DNA of 37,843 bases from a virus (lineage: Duplodnaviria; Caudoviricetes), in IMG/VR virus record IMGVR_UViG_3300017648_000010, positions 1 through 37,843 of that record. One strand, 5' to 3'. Positions within the stretch are counted from its first letter, which is position 1, and each line of letters begins with the position of its first letter. Below are positions 27,239 through 35,222 of this stretch, piece by piece. The translations under genes were made by a program, and so were the position numbers. Under the pieces are notes generated by a model. It worked only from the letters and a program-made list of their open reading frames with translations, did not search any database and was not told the origin of the DNA.

Positions 27239-27375
27239 GATCAATTCTACAACAGGTATTGATACTTGTCTGTTCCAAAATGGGAAGTTTGTCGTTACTT
27301 GCAACAGGCTAATAGGCAGGATTTGAAAAATATATACTTGTTCCATTCTGGAACAAAAAAAGGAGGTGAATTCTC

Positions 27376-27630
27376 TTGATGAAGTTCGGCGCGATCATGC
27401 AAGCGTGCCGGGAACGTGCGAAATTAAGCCAAGATCAACTGGCCGAAAAGCTCAATCGCTCTCGGTCCTGCATCAGCAAGTATGAAAATGACGCGAAAGA
27501 ACCATCCATGAATACGATGCTTTCTTGGATGGAGGTAACCAACTCGAAGGACGTGCTTGTGGCCTTCTTTTGCGGAATGGACGGTATGACGATCATGCAA
27601 AATCTATTATCTGCGGGAGGATTGATGTGA
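27376..27630 (+). CDS. XRE-family HTH regulator
   Basis: 'CRERAKLSQDQLAEKLNRSRSCISKYEND'; SD AGGAGGTG; palindrome TTGTTCCAttcTGGAACAA (27338-27356) upstream. Confidence 0.88.
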   Translation: MMKFGAIMQACRERAKLSQDQLAEKLNRSRSCISKYENDAKEPSMNTMLSWMEVTNSKDVLVAFFCGMDGMTIMQNLLSAGGLM

Positions 27631-27631
27631 C

Positions 27632-27895
27632 ATGTTTGCAAAAATGCTACAGGCGAATGGTATGCGTTCCGGCGTCGTCTACGCGACGGGCATTATGAAA
27701 GCACGTGAGGTTATTCGTATGGCTGCTGATTTTCGGGCGCAGGAAACGATTCATCCGATGACGGACCGGATTTTGCGGGAAAACGAAAAAGCCGCCCTGG
27801 CCGGCGACTTTGACGGAACTGCTTTGGAAATTAACTTTACATTCAGTATACCTGCATCGGTGCAGGTTGGCAAGGAGGCGGGTTATCTTGGGTAA
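27632..27895 (+). CDS. Hypothetical protein
   Basis: ATG 1 nt after the previous stop, SD GGAGG. Confidence 0.5.
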   Translation: MFAKMLQANGMRSGVVYATGIMKAREVIRMAADFRAQETIHPMTDRILRENEKAALAGDFDGTALEINFTFSIPASVQVGKEAGYLG

Positions 27896-28223
27896 AAAAG
27901 AACTGCTCAGTCAGATCATGGGCCTAGCGTATTTGCTGAATGAGAACTCCAAGTGGGATGTCTTCGTTGATTTTTCGGGTCACGTTAATGGGTTGACGAT
28001 TCAGATTATCGATCCAGAAGGTGACGGAGATAGCAAGAGACTCGCGGAGGATCATATATATCTAGACTATCCTGACGCTGAGGATCGATTGGCGGCCGTA
28101 AAGGACCGTTTGGTCGAAATATTGTCGACGGGTGAGATTGATCAAAGCAAGTGTTACAGGGCGAGTCACGGCCACCGAGAGGCGTTCTACCTGTCGAAGC
28201 CCGAAAGATGGATGCTGCTGTGA
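27888..28223 (+). CDS. Hypothetical protein
   Basis: TTG 27888 after AAGGAGG; 'DVFVDFSGHVNGL' motif. Confidence 0.65.
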   Translation: MGKKELLSQIMGLAYLLNENSKWDVFVDFSGHVNGLTIQIIDPEGDGDSKRLAEDHIYLDYPDAEDRLAAVKDRLVEILSTGEIDQSKCYRASHGHREAFYLSKPERWMLL

Positions 28224-28450
28224 GATCGCATGATACGAGTCTGATGGACTCATATCAGCTAGGAACAACACCCATGATGGTTGGCATTGCACAATCCATT
28301 TGGGATCTGCAAGAGACCGATAAAGAGCAATTCAAACAGCGGGTGCTTTCGTATCTCACGACAGGTTATGAAGGCTGGCATTTGCTACGGCTCGAATACC
28401 CCTTCGCGATATGTGAGGACAGAAGAACCAGCAATAAACCGCGCCGATAG
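28220..28450 (+). CDS. Hypothetical protein
   Basis: GTGA overlap with the previous stop; start uncertain. Confidence 0.55.
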   Translation: MRSHDTSLMDSYQLGTTPMMVGIAQSIWDLQETDKEQFKQRVLSYLTTGYEGWHLLRLEYPFAICEDRRTSNKPRR

Positions 28451-28465
28451 CAAGGGAGGTATTAA

Positions 28466-29377
28466 ATGTCATCTACATACATAGAACCGGACCTCCCTGG
28501 TCTACTGAATCAGTTCGAAGAGATTGGCGGGCCAGAGCAGTTCGGGCCCGAAGGTCTCGCAATTATACTTACTCTTTGGCGTAAATCTAGCAAATTAGGA
28601 TGGATGGAAACATTCCAGATGACCAATTCAGAGTTGCAGCTCAAGACCGGCATCATGACGCGAAAGACATTAAACGTCTATCGCAATAAGCTGGTGGAGG
28701 CAAAGCTGATCGAATACGATCCGCCTCCGCGGGGATCATCAAGAGGCAGCTATACTGTGAGTTTTAATCTGCTTGGTGGCGCCAAAGCTGTAACCTCAGG
28801 GAACCACTTCGGTAACCACTTTACTGAAGTTGATACCAAAGTAGTAACCTCAGGTAACCACTTTGCAGAAGTTGTAACCTCAGGGAACCACTTCGGTAAC
28901 ACTGTATTAAAAGATACTATTACTACTACTACTTCTTCTATCGGCGAAGCATTCGAAAATGTATTTTCAGAGTTTTGTGTGATCCACGGGAAGTTAGACG
29001 TTCAGGTCAAACGGACGGACGTCACCCTGATGCAATGGTTCATATCCAAAGGGGTCTCCGATGCTTTAATCATCAAGGTCATGCGCCAGTTGTACCAAGA
29101 GCGCACCGCTGACGGAGCCCATATCACGACATTCAGTTATTACAAAAACGCCATTTTAGATGCGTGGGAGACCGCAAAAGCCATAACTGACGGGGTGCCA
29201 GTCCCTGCAGTCGCCCTTGGTGAAGAATCCATAACCGGCTCCGTGCCAATCGGAGTGGTCGCCCTTGGAAAACAGTCCCCACGCAGCTATCGCACAAGCA
29301 AGTACGACCAAGAAATGGACGAGCTGCGAATGGCAAAGGAGGAGGCAAAACGCCTTGCAAATGCTGGAGGTCATTGA
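28466..29377 (+). CDS. Replication initiator protein (wHTH N-terminus, DnaD-like C-terminus)
   Basis: N-terminal HTH 'RNKLVEAKLIEY', central iteron-encoded repeats (VTSGNHF x3), 'FSYYKNAILD'; upstream of the loader and DnaB. Confidence 0.82.
   Translation: MSSTYIEPDLPGLLNQFEEIGGPEQFGPEGLAIILTLWRKSSKLGWMETFQMTNSELQLKTGIMTRKTLNVYRNKLVEAKLIEYDPPPRGSSRGSYTVSFNLLGGAKAVTSGNHFGNHFTEVDTKVVTSGNHFAEVVTSGNHFGNTVLKDTITTTTSSIGEAFENVFSEFCVIHGKLDVQVKRTDVTLMQWFISKGVSDALIIKVMRQLYQERTADGAHITTFSYYKNAILDAWETAKAITDGVPVPAVALGEESITGSVPIGVVALGKQSPRSYRTSKYDQEMDELRMAKEEAKRLANAGGH
28789..28900. repeat. ori: Iteron cluster (replication origin)
   Basis: 28-bp direct repeat TGTAACCTCAGGGAACCACTTCGGTAAC at 28789 and 28873; GTAACCTCAGG x3; GG(G/T)AACCACTT x4; followed by an AT-rich (ACT)n stretch. 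Confidence 0.8.
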
Positions 29378-29720
29378 GCTTTTTGAAGCCATTAAGCTGC
29401 GTTACGACAACTTTTCGTGTAACAAGGAAAAACGCCAGGCATGGCACGATGATCACTTGAAAAACATCCCCTTCGAGGTAGCCATGGAGAATCTGCGCCG
29501 GCATGCCGCCACGGAAAAATGGCCGCCAACGGTTGCCGATTTATCTCGGCCGCTGCAAGAAGAAGACGATCGATATAATGCGTACCTGCGGGATGAATCC
29601 GCCAAGAGATTTGATAATTTGGACGAATGGCGCAAAAGAGCGGTACCGCCGCCTGAAAGAGTCAAAGAAAGGATGAGGCAGATTGCAGCAGGAACCTATC
29701 GAGCTCCCTTGCAACCTTGA
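29361..29720 (+). CDS. Helicase loader/inhibitor (SPP1 G39P-like)
   Basis: 'W...L...PFE.A..NL..H....KWPPTVADL' signature; between initiator and DnaB. Confidence 0.8.
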   Translation: MLEVIELFEAIKLRYDNFSCNKEKRQAWHDDHLKNIPFEVAMENLRRHAATEKWPPTVADLSRPLQEEDDRYNAYLRDESAKRFDNLDEWRKRAVPPPERVKERMRQIAAGTYRAPLQP

Positions 29721-31065
29721 GGCAGAAAGAGCCGTTATCGGCGCCGTGCTTCTCGAAAACGAGAAAATCATCGCGATTCAGGAGCATTTGATCGCGAAGG
29801 ATTTTTATCATACCTGGAACCGGATCATCTTCGAAGCGATGACCGAGATGTCCGACGCTAATGAACCGATCGATATGATCACGCTGGCAACCTTCCTTCA
29901 AAAACAAAATCAACTCGAATCCATCGGTGGCGTCAGTTATCTTTCGGAGCTCACCGGGTCCGTTCCGACAGCCGCGAATGTAGAGCACTGGGCCGGAATT
30001 GTTCGGGAATGTTCTTTGCAGCGAGAAGGCATCAAGGCCATGATGAAGCAAATTTCGCATAGCGGCAATGCTGCTGAAATGATTGCTTCGATGGAGGAAA
30101 CGGCAGCGAGCTTATCGGATCGTATTGCACGAGGAAAGGAGTTCCATGTTATTGGCGAATTGGCTCAGCAAAGCTTTGAGACCATGGAGCAGCGGTATTA
30201 TTCGCCTTCGTCGAACGGGGTCACCGGCATCGCATCCGGTTTTACGGACTTGGACCGAATGACCTCAGGTTTTCAACGATCGGATCTCATCATCGTCGCG
30301 GCGCGTCCTTCGGTTGGCAAAACAGCATTCGCCTTGAACATCGCCCAAAACGTGGGGATACGAACGCAGGAGAATGTCGCCATCTTCAGTCTTGAAATGG
30401 GGGCCGCGCAGTTAGTGCAGCGCATGGTTTGTGCTGAAGGCAATGTCGATGCCGGCCGGGTACGGACCGGATATCTGGAAGACGACGATTGGGAACGGGT
30501 ATCGCTTGCCATCGGAAATCTTTCTGAAGCGAACATCTTTATCGACGACAGTCCTGCATTGACGGTAAGCCAAATCCGGGCAAAGTGCAGGCGGCTTAAG
30601 AAGGAACGTGGGAAGCTTGGACTGATTCTGATCGACTATCTGCAATTAATAACAGGCAGTGGCCGACGTGAAAACAGGCAACAAGAAGTGTCAGAGATCT
30701 CCCGGACATTGAAGCAGATTGCCAGAGAGTTGGATGTTCCTGTTATCGCCCTCTCCCAGCTCAGCAGGGGCGTCGAGCAGCGGCAGGATAAGCGTCCGAT
30801 GATGTCCGATCTGCGGGAATCCGGATCGCTTGAGCAGGATGCCGACATTGTTGCATTCCTCTACCGGGACGATTACTACGACAAGGAATCCGAGAAAAAG
30901 AACATCATCGAAATAATCATCGCGAAGCAACGCAACGGCCCGGTTGGCACGGTAGAGCTGGCATTCTTGAAAAACTTTAATAAATTCGTGAGTCTGGACA
31001 GGTCTTCTCACGAGCAAAAGCAACAAACGAAGAAAACCATACCCGACATGCACCGTGGGGCTTAA
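29683..31065 (+). CDS. dnaB: Replicative DNA helicase
   Basis: 'EAERAVIGA', 'AARPSVGKT', 'FSLEM', 'IDYLQL', 'LSQLSR.VEQRQDKRP.MSDLRESGSLEQDAD', 'KQRNGP'. Confidence 0.96.
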   Translation: MQQEPIELPCNLEAERAVIGAVLLENEKIIAIQEHLIAKDFYHTWNRIIFEAMTEMSDANEPIDMITLATFLQKQNQLESIGGVSYLSELTGSVPTAANVEHWAGIVRECSLQREGIKAMMKQISHSGNAAEMIASMEETAASLSDRIARGKEFHVIGELAQQSFETMEQRYYSPSSNGVTGIASGFTDLDRMTSGFQRSDLIIVAARPSVGKTAFALNIAQNVGIRTQENVAIFSLEMGAAQLVQRMVCAEGNVDAGRVRTGYLEDDDWERVSLAIGNLSEANIFIDDSPALTVSQIRAKCRRLKKERGKLGLILIDYLQLITGSGRRENRQQEVSEISRTLKQIARELDVPVIALSQLSRGVEQRQDKRPMMSDLRESGSLEQDADIVAFLYRDDYYDKESEKKNIIEIIIAKQRNGPVGTVELAFLKNFNKFVSLDRSSHEQKQQTKKTIPDMHRGA

Positions 31066-31081
31066 TGAGGTGAATAAGAGC

Positions 31082-31342
31082 ATGCAACGGCGCGGAAAAG
31101 TTTTATATGCGTTTTACGATTGCGAGGATTGTGCACGTGGGTTTTCGATCGAGGAGACACCGGATGATCCGATCGAAGAACCATGTTGCCCCTGCGGGAG
31201 CAGCTTTGCAAGGTTCGTGGGCCTGGTGGAAATGCCGATCCCACTGCCGATCATAACGCGCATCGTTAAGGACGATGCTCCAGAAGACAAGAATCAAGCA
31301 GCGATAGATGATTACATAGGGCAAGGTGGTGAACGGCCATGA
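31082..31342 (+). CDS. Small Zn-ribbon protein
   Basis: CEDC...CPC motifs; ATG 31082 after GAGGTG. Confidence 0.6.
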   Translation: MQRRGKVLYAFYDCEDCARGFSIEETPDDPIEEPCCPCGSSFARFVGLVEMPIPLPIITRIVKDDAPEDKNQAAIDDYIGQGGERP

Positions 31343-31554
31343 AGCCAAAGGACAAACGCTTTACCTTGAATCAGGTAATGGGTCAGGTTCACGAAGCATA
31401 CGACCATTTTGAACTGGCGGCGAAGAAAGCTCTCAAGGAGGAGTTCGGCTTCGGCCCGGAACGCATGCGGCGGTTCGAGGAGCGGTTTTCGGAGATCTCA
31501 GCCGCGGAGTGCGAGCGGATCCGCGGGGAGCTGCGCAAGAAGCAGCTCAAGTAA
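31339..31554 (+). CDS. Hypothetical protein
   Basis: ATGA overlap; 'L.EEFGFG..R..RF' motif common in phage small proteins. Confidence 0.65.
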   Translation: MKPKDKRFTLNQVMGQVHEAYDHFELAAKKALKEEFGFGPERMRRFEERFSEISAAECERIRGELRKKQLK

Positions 31555-31585
31555 TTCAATGAATATCAAGAGTTCATGAGGGGGA

Positions 31586-31831
31586 ATGGAAATGAAAGGT
31601 TTAGTAGTGACAGCAATTGGTAACCGAATAGAATGGGCAACGCATAACGGGCAAGGTGTAATAACGGGTAAACGAGAGGATGTAACAGACCAAGCAATTA
31701 AGGCGGTATTCCAGCATCTACAGGCAGAGCACAAACGGAATAACAGAGGCAAAGGATCATTTGGGTATGTGTTCGAGGGGTTGGGTGAAATACATTTTCA
31801 TCCTCCGAAGTCTGACGATACATCAAAATGA
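31586..31831 (+). CDS. Hypothetical protein
   Basis: SD GAGGGGG; 'ITGKREDVTDQAIKAVFQH'. Confidence 0.65.
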   Translation: MEMKGLVVTAIGNRIEWATHNGQGVITGKREDVTDQAIKAVFQHLQAEHKRNNRGKGSFGYVFEGLGEIHFHPPKSDDTSK

Positions 31832-31866
31832 ATACACGGTGTACCTAAGAAAAGGAGTGAAGAACC

Positions 31867-32409
31867 ATAGAGGTTGTACAGCCGATTAGAAGCGTGGAGA
31901 AGTTGGAGTAGATGAAGGCAGTTCTTCGGAAACAGTCGGATCGTGATTGGTTTTTACTGGTGATGGGCATTAACGTTGGGTTGCGGATCGGTGACTTGCT
32001 ACAGCTCCGAGTCCGGGACGTTCGGAATAAGTCGCACATAATCAACACAGAGCGGAAGACAGGCAAGCGGCGGCGGTTCCCGATCAACTCGGAGCTGCGC
32101 GAGATCATCAACCAGTACACCAAAGGCATGAAGGACGGAGACCCACTTTTCAAGTCCTACAGGACAAAGCAGAACATTGGCAGGGTGCAAGCCTATCGGA
32201 TTCTTAACCGAGCGGCGGCGGAGGTCGGGTTAGCCGAAATCGGAACCCACACGCTGCGGAAGACATTCGGATACCACTTTTACAAGAAATACAAGGATGT
32301 GGCGCTGTTACAGCAGATATTCAATCATTCGGCGCCGTCGATCGCGATGCGGTATATCGGGATCAATCAAGACATTATAGACGAGGCCGTCGGCGGCTTC
32401 CACTTGTGA
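31867..32409 (+). pseudogene. Small tyrosine recombinase, N-terminally interrupted (ATA start; in-frame TAG at 31909)
   Basis: IEVVQPIRSVEKLE*MKAV... aligns with the paralog's MKFVQPIRDQRKIDAIK; catalytic R (GLRIGD), K (KTGK), HTLR, H (FNHS) and Y (RYIG) are intact downstream. Confidence 0.65.
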
Positions 32410-32419
32410 GGTGAATCAA

Positions 32420-32863
32420 ATGCTTGAGACTCAGCCTATAAGCTTCGCGGAAGCTTGCGAGTTCGTGAAGCAATACCATCGGCACCACATTCCGCCACAG
32501 GGGCACAAATTCAGCATCGCTATTGCTGACGAAAAGAAAGTGGTCGGCGTGGTAATGGTCGGCAGGCCCGTCGCCCGGGCTTTTGACAACGGGCGGACGT
32601 TGGAGGTTATCCGCTGCTGCACGGACGGAACCAAAAACGCCGCCTCAAAGCTCTATGCAACTGCATGGAATGCAACGCGAGCGATGGGGTATCGTCGATT
32701 GATCACGTACACGCTGAAAGAGGAGCCGGGCACGAGCCTGCGTGCTGCGGGATGGCGTGAGCTATACAAAACGAAGGGCGGTTCTTGGAACTGCCCGACG
32801 CGGCCCCGGATCGATAAGCATCCAACGGGCCAGAAAACGCTATGGGAAGTCCTGGCGGAATGA
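32420..32863 (+). CDS. XF1762-family (Mom-related GNAT-like) protein
   Basis: 'HRHH.PP.GHKFSI', 'GRPVAR..D.G.TLEV.R.CTDGT.NA.S.LY', 'GYRRLITYT...E.GTSLRAAGW'. Confidence 0.78.
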   Translation: MLETQPISFAEACEFVKQYHRHHIPPQGHKFSIAIADEKKVVGVVMVGRPVARAFDNGRTLEVIRCCTDGTKNAASKLYATAWNATRAMGYRRLITYTLKEEPGTSLRAAGWRELYKTKGGSWNCPTRPRIDKHPTGQKTLWEVLAE

Positions 32864-32886
32864 ACATTCGCTGAATACGGAAATAC

Positions 32887-33249
32887 ATGGGAGGGTTAGC
32901 ATTGGAAAAATACGTTATTGTTTGCTTGCGTCACAGAGATATGTTCTTCGGCGGAAACGGGTTTCTGTTCTGGGGGCCAAAGAGCAGTGGCTACACCGCT
33001 GTTTTACAGACAGCAGGGATTTATACGGAAGAAAAAGCAATGCAAATTTTTTCTGAGGATGATGTGCCTATACCAATCTCGGCAATCGGTATGGAGGAAT
33101 CAGATTTTATCGAAATCGATCATGGATTCAAAAAACTAAAGCAGCTGACGCTGTTCAACTTTGAAAACCAAGATAACAAGAAGTTGATAAATCAACAACG
33201 CGAGGCATTTCGGCATAAAAAAGATGCCGCCAAAATGCACACCGTTTGA
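32887..33249 (+). CDS. Hypothetical protein
   Basis: 'LFWGP.SSGYT..L..AG.YTEE.A' motif; probable TTG start at 32902 after GGAGG. Confidence 0.65.
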   Translation: MGGLALEKYVIVCLRHRDMFFGGNGFLFWGPKSSGYTAVLQTAGIYTEEKAMQIFSEDDVPIPISAIGMEESDFIEIDHGFKKLKQLTLFNFENQDNKKLINQQREAFRHKKDAAKMHTV

Positions 33250-33282
33250 ATATTGAATGACTTAACAAGGAGGTGTCAGCGC

Positions 33283-33690
33283 GTGATGGATAACATCGTA
33301 AACCTCGACTTTCTGAGAATCGATCGACACAAGCAGCGGAAGTGTGTTTGTAAAAAACCAAAGTTCACGCTGGACATCCAAAATCGTGCGGTGGTATGCA
33401 AATGCGGTCTAATAACTGATCCATTCGAGGCTATTGTGCGTCTTGGAGAACATTACGAATCAATCAATCGACAGCATAACAATCTTTACGAACAACATCA
33501 GCGATGGCTCAAGGAGAAACCGCATTCGGTAATATTCAAACAACTGGAGCGATCTTACCAAAAGGGCAGCATGCTACCGTTTTGCCCGGAGTGTAACCAA
33601 ATGTTTGATTTCAAGGATGTTAAAGGCTTTGGCAATGCTCAGTTTTATCGAAAACGTGCAAAGCAGTTAACGACAGACGGACAGGACTGA
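33283..33690 (+). CDS. Cys-rich (Zn-binding) hypothetical protein
   Basis: CVC, CKCG and CPEC motifs; start after AAGGAGGTG. Confidence 0.65.
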   Translation: MMDNIVNLDFLRIDRHKQRKCVCKKPKFTLDIQNRAVVCKCGLITDPFEAIVRLGEHYESINRQHNNLYEQHQRWLKEKPHSVIFKQLERSYQKGSMLPFCPECNQMFDFKDVKGFGNAQFYRKRAKQLTTDGQD

Positions 33691-33717
33691 TATTGTTTCG
33701 GAAATGGAGGGTTTCAT

Positions 33718-33885
33718 TTGAAAACGACCATCAAAATCGAACCGTGGTTTAACGAATTATTGGACATCAACCATACGTGGTTAGCGTCGGAGGTTGCGGC
33801 CGGGCGGATGACTGCTGACGAAATGCAGCAAGCCTTCATGTTTACATACCGCGCTGGGTCGAAGCTCGGTGTAAAAACGGTTTAA
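33718..33885 (+). CDS. Small hypothetical protein (55 aa)
   Basis: Not in the ORF track; TTG after GGAGG, MKTTIKIEPWFNELLDINHTWLASEVAAGRM... Confidence 0.55.
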   Translation: MKTTIKIEPWFNELLDINHTWLASEVAAGRMTADEMQQAFMFTYRAGSKLGVKTV

Positions 33886-33906
33886 GAAAAAGGGAGGAAT
33901 CGGAAA

Positions 33907-34065
33907 ATGTATAAAGCAGGGGAATGGAAGCAGGAACTGATTTTTATTAAGCGAGACGAAAAAGGCGTCATTATTGCCATGTCGGAGCAAACGCCGAAGG
34001 GTTACGTGGAAAAGCCCGGCGATCCGATTACAGAATCAACGCGTTTTCGCGTGGTAGGCGACTAG
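33907..34065 (+). CDS. Small hypothetical protein (52 aa)
   Basis: Not in the ORF track; ATG after GGAGG, MYKAGEWKQELIFIKRDEKGVII... Confidence 0.55.
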   Translation: MYKAGEWKQELIFIKRDEKGVIIAMSEQTPKGYVEKPGDPITESTRFRVVGD

Positions 34066-34166
34066 AAGCATAAGAAATTCCCCCGCAGATCCGGCAAGAT
34101 CAGCATGCGGGGGAATGTGTGTTCCCACCCATATTATACCACAAAGAGAGGAAATGGGTGAGGGGA

Positions 34167-34535
34167 ATGTTGGTGAAGGAATGGGAAAAAGCTTTTCCGG
34201 TGGCAACAAAGTTTGATATCGCAAACGCTAAGTCCAAACTTGAATCATATGTCGACGATAAGATGAAAGTTGAAGATTTTAACGAGAACCCACCTGAGAC
34301 TGAAGAACAAAGAATAATCAATGACATCCTGATAAAAAAGACACGATACATCGAAAGGGCAGTAAAACAAATACGTAACCAAGAGGTTAAAAGAATTATC
34401 GAATACCGGTACATCCAGGGACGATCACATGCAGAAACTGTCATTCGGTTCAGCCTCTATTGTGATCGAACCGTCGATCGAAAGATTGAATTGGGAATAA
34501 AGTCGGTTGCTAACACGTTGTTATATCTTGAGTAA
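34167..34535 (+). CDS. ArpU/RinA-like late transcription activator
   Basis: 'IERAV..I......RIIEYRYIQG.S...........RTVDRKI..GI..VA..L' sigma-region-4-like C-terminus; position before the packaging genes; start ATG 34167 or GTG 34173. Confidence 0.78.
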   Translation: MLVKEWEKAFPVATKFDIANAKSKLESYVDDKMKVEDFNENPPETEEQRIINDILIKKTRYIERAVKQIRNQEVKRIIEYRYIQGRSHAETVIRFSLYCDRTVDRKIELGIKSVANTLLYLE

Positions 34536-34538
34536 AAA

Positions 34539-34594
34539 TGTCTGTAAGATGTCTGCATCGTGTCAGCCGCGTGTCTGTATATCGGGGTTACAGT
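34539..34594 (+). promoter_or_regulatory. Late promoter with four phased activator repeats
   Basis: TGTC(T/A)G at 34539, 34550, 34561 and 34572 (11-bp period), then -10-like TACAGT at 34589. Confidence 0.72.
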
Positions 34595-34810
34595 AGATTC
34601 AACGAGCAAGAGCAACAGCAGCTCGGGGTGATGTCTACTGAACCCATATCAACGTAGGCACTCGGTCATGCTGTGGGCGGTTTTCGCCTTAGACGCAAGT
34701 CGTCAAGGGTGTGATGAGAGGCGGGGTTAGATGCCCCATTTTTAAATAAACAATGGGAAGTGTCCGTATTTGGGATTACGGGCAGCTCCCATTGCTTATC
34801 CCAAGGCAAT

Positions 34811-34846
34811 GAAAGAGCCCAGCGGACGCCGCTGCGGCTCTTTTTC
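34811..34846 (+). terminator. Intrinsic terminator in the late leader
   Basis: AAAGAGCC-CAGCGG-acg-CCGCTG-c-GGCTCTTTTT. Confidence 0.65.
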
Positions 34847-35000
34847 ATAGGGGATGATGAGAGATGAGACGGATTCGAAAAATAGAACCTCCGCCGCCGC
34901 AGCAGCCGGTACAATGCATCGGTTGCATTTGGGGCCGGTGGGAAGCGTCAAAGCAGTTCTGCTCGAAAATCACCTGTATAAGGGAAGGGAGGGTGCAGCG

Positions 35001-35222
35001 GTGGTCAAAAAGATAAGCCGGGGCATTAAGCGGTTCTTACAGTCTGTCCTGTCCATCTTGAAACGAAAGGAAATGGCCGAAGGCAGCCTTATTAGTCGCT
35101 CTGACGGCGAACCCATGGCAAGCAGCTCTTTCAACGTGAACCGATCGTTAAGCTATCGTAAATGCAAAAGTCAGATGAAAACTGGCGGCGTTGGAAGTAC
35201 GCGAGGCGGTGATCGCTTATGA
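35001..35222 (+). CDS. Small basic hypothetical protein
   Basis: GTG 35001 after GGGAGG; ATGA overlap with the recombinase; the track ORF extends to 34854. Confidence 0.45.
   Translation: MVKKISRGIKRFLQSVLSILKRKEMAEGSLISRSDGEPMASSSFNVNRSLSYRKCKSQMKTGGVGSTRGGDRL

Noticed and set aside
25205-27630. Arbitrium (AimR/AimP) or Rap/Phr signalling
   Set aside because: No TPR receptor-sized ORF and no signal-peptide-bearing propeptide; the 21-aa peptide lacks a secretion signal.
28789-28900. Repeat cluster as a mini-CRISPR array
   Set aside because: Only two 28-bp copies, whose spacer is made of the same sub-repeats; in frame within the initiator gene; no cas genes.
31909-31911. Genome-wide TAG recoding
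   Set aside because: The capsid, XkdS-like, tape measure, fibre and other genes end at TAG at expected lengths, and no suppressor tRNA was seen.
34600-34800. tRNA or hammerhead ribozyme in the late leader
   Set aside because: No GTTCRA T-loop or cloverleaf, and no CUGANGA/GAAA core in the right arrangement; kept only as an unclassified structured region.
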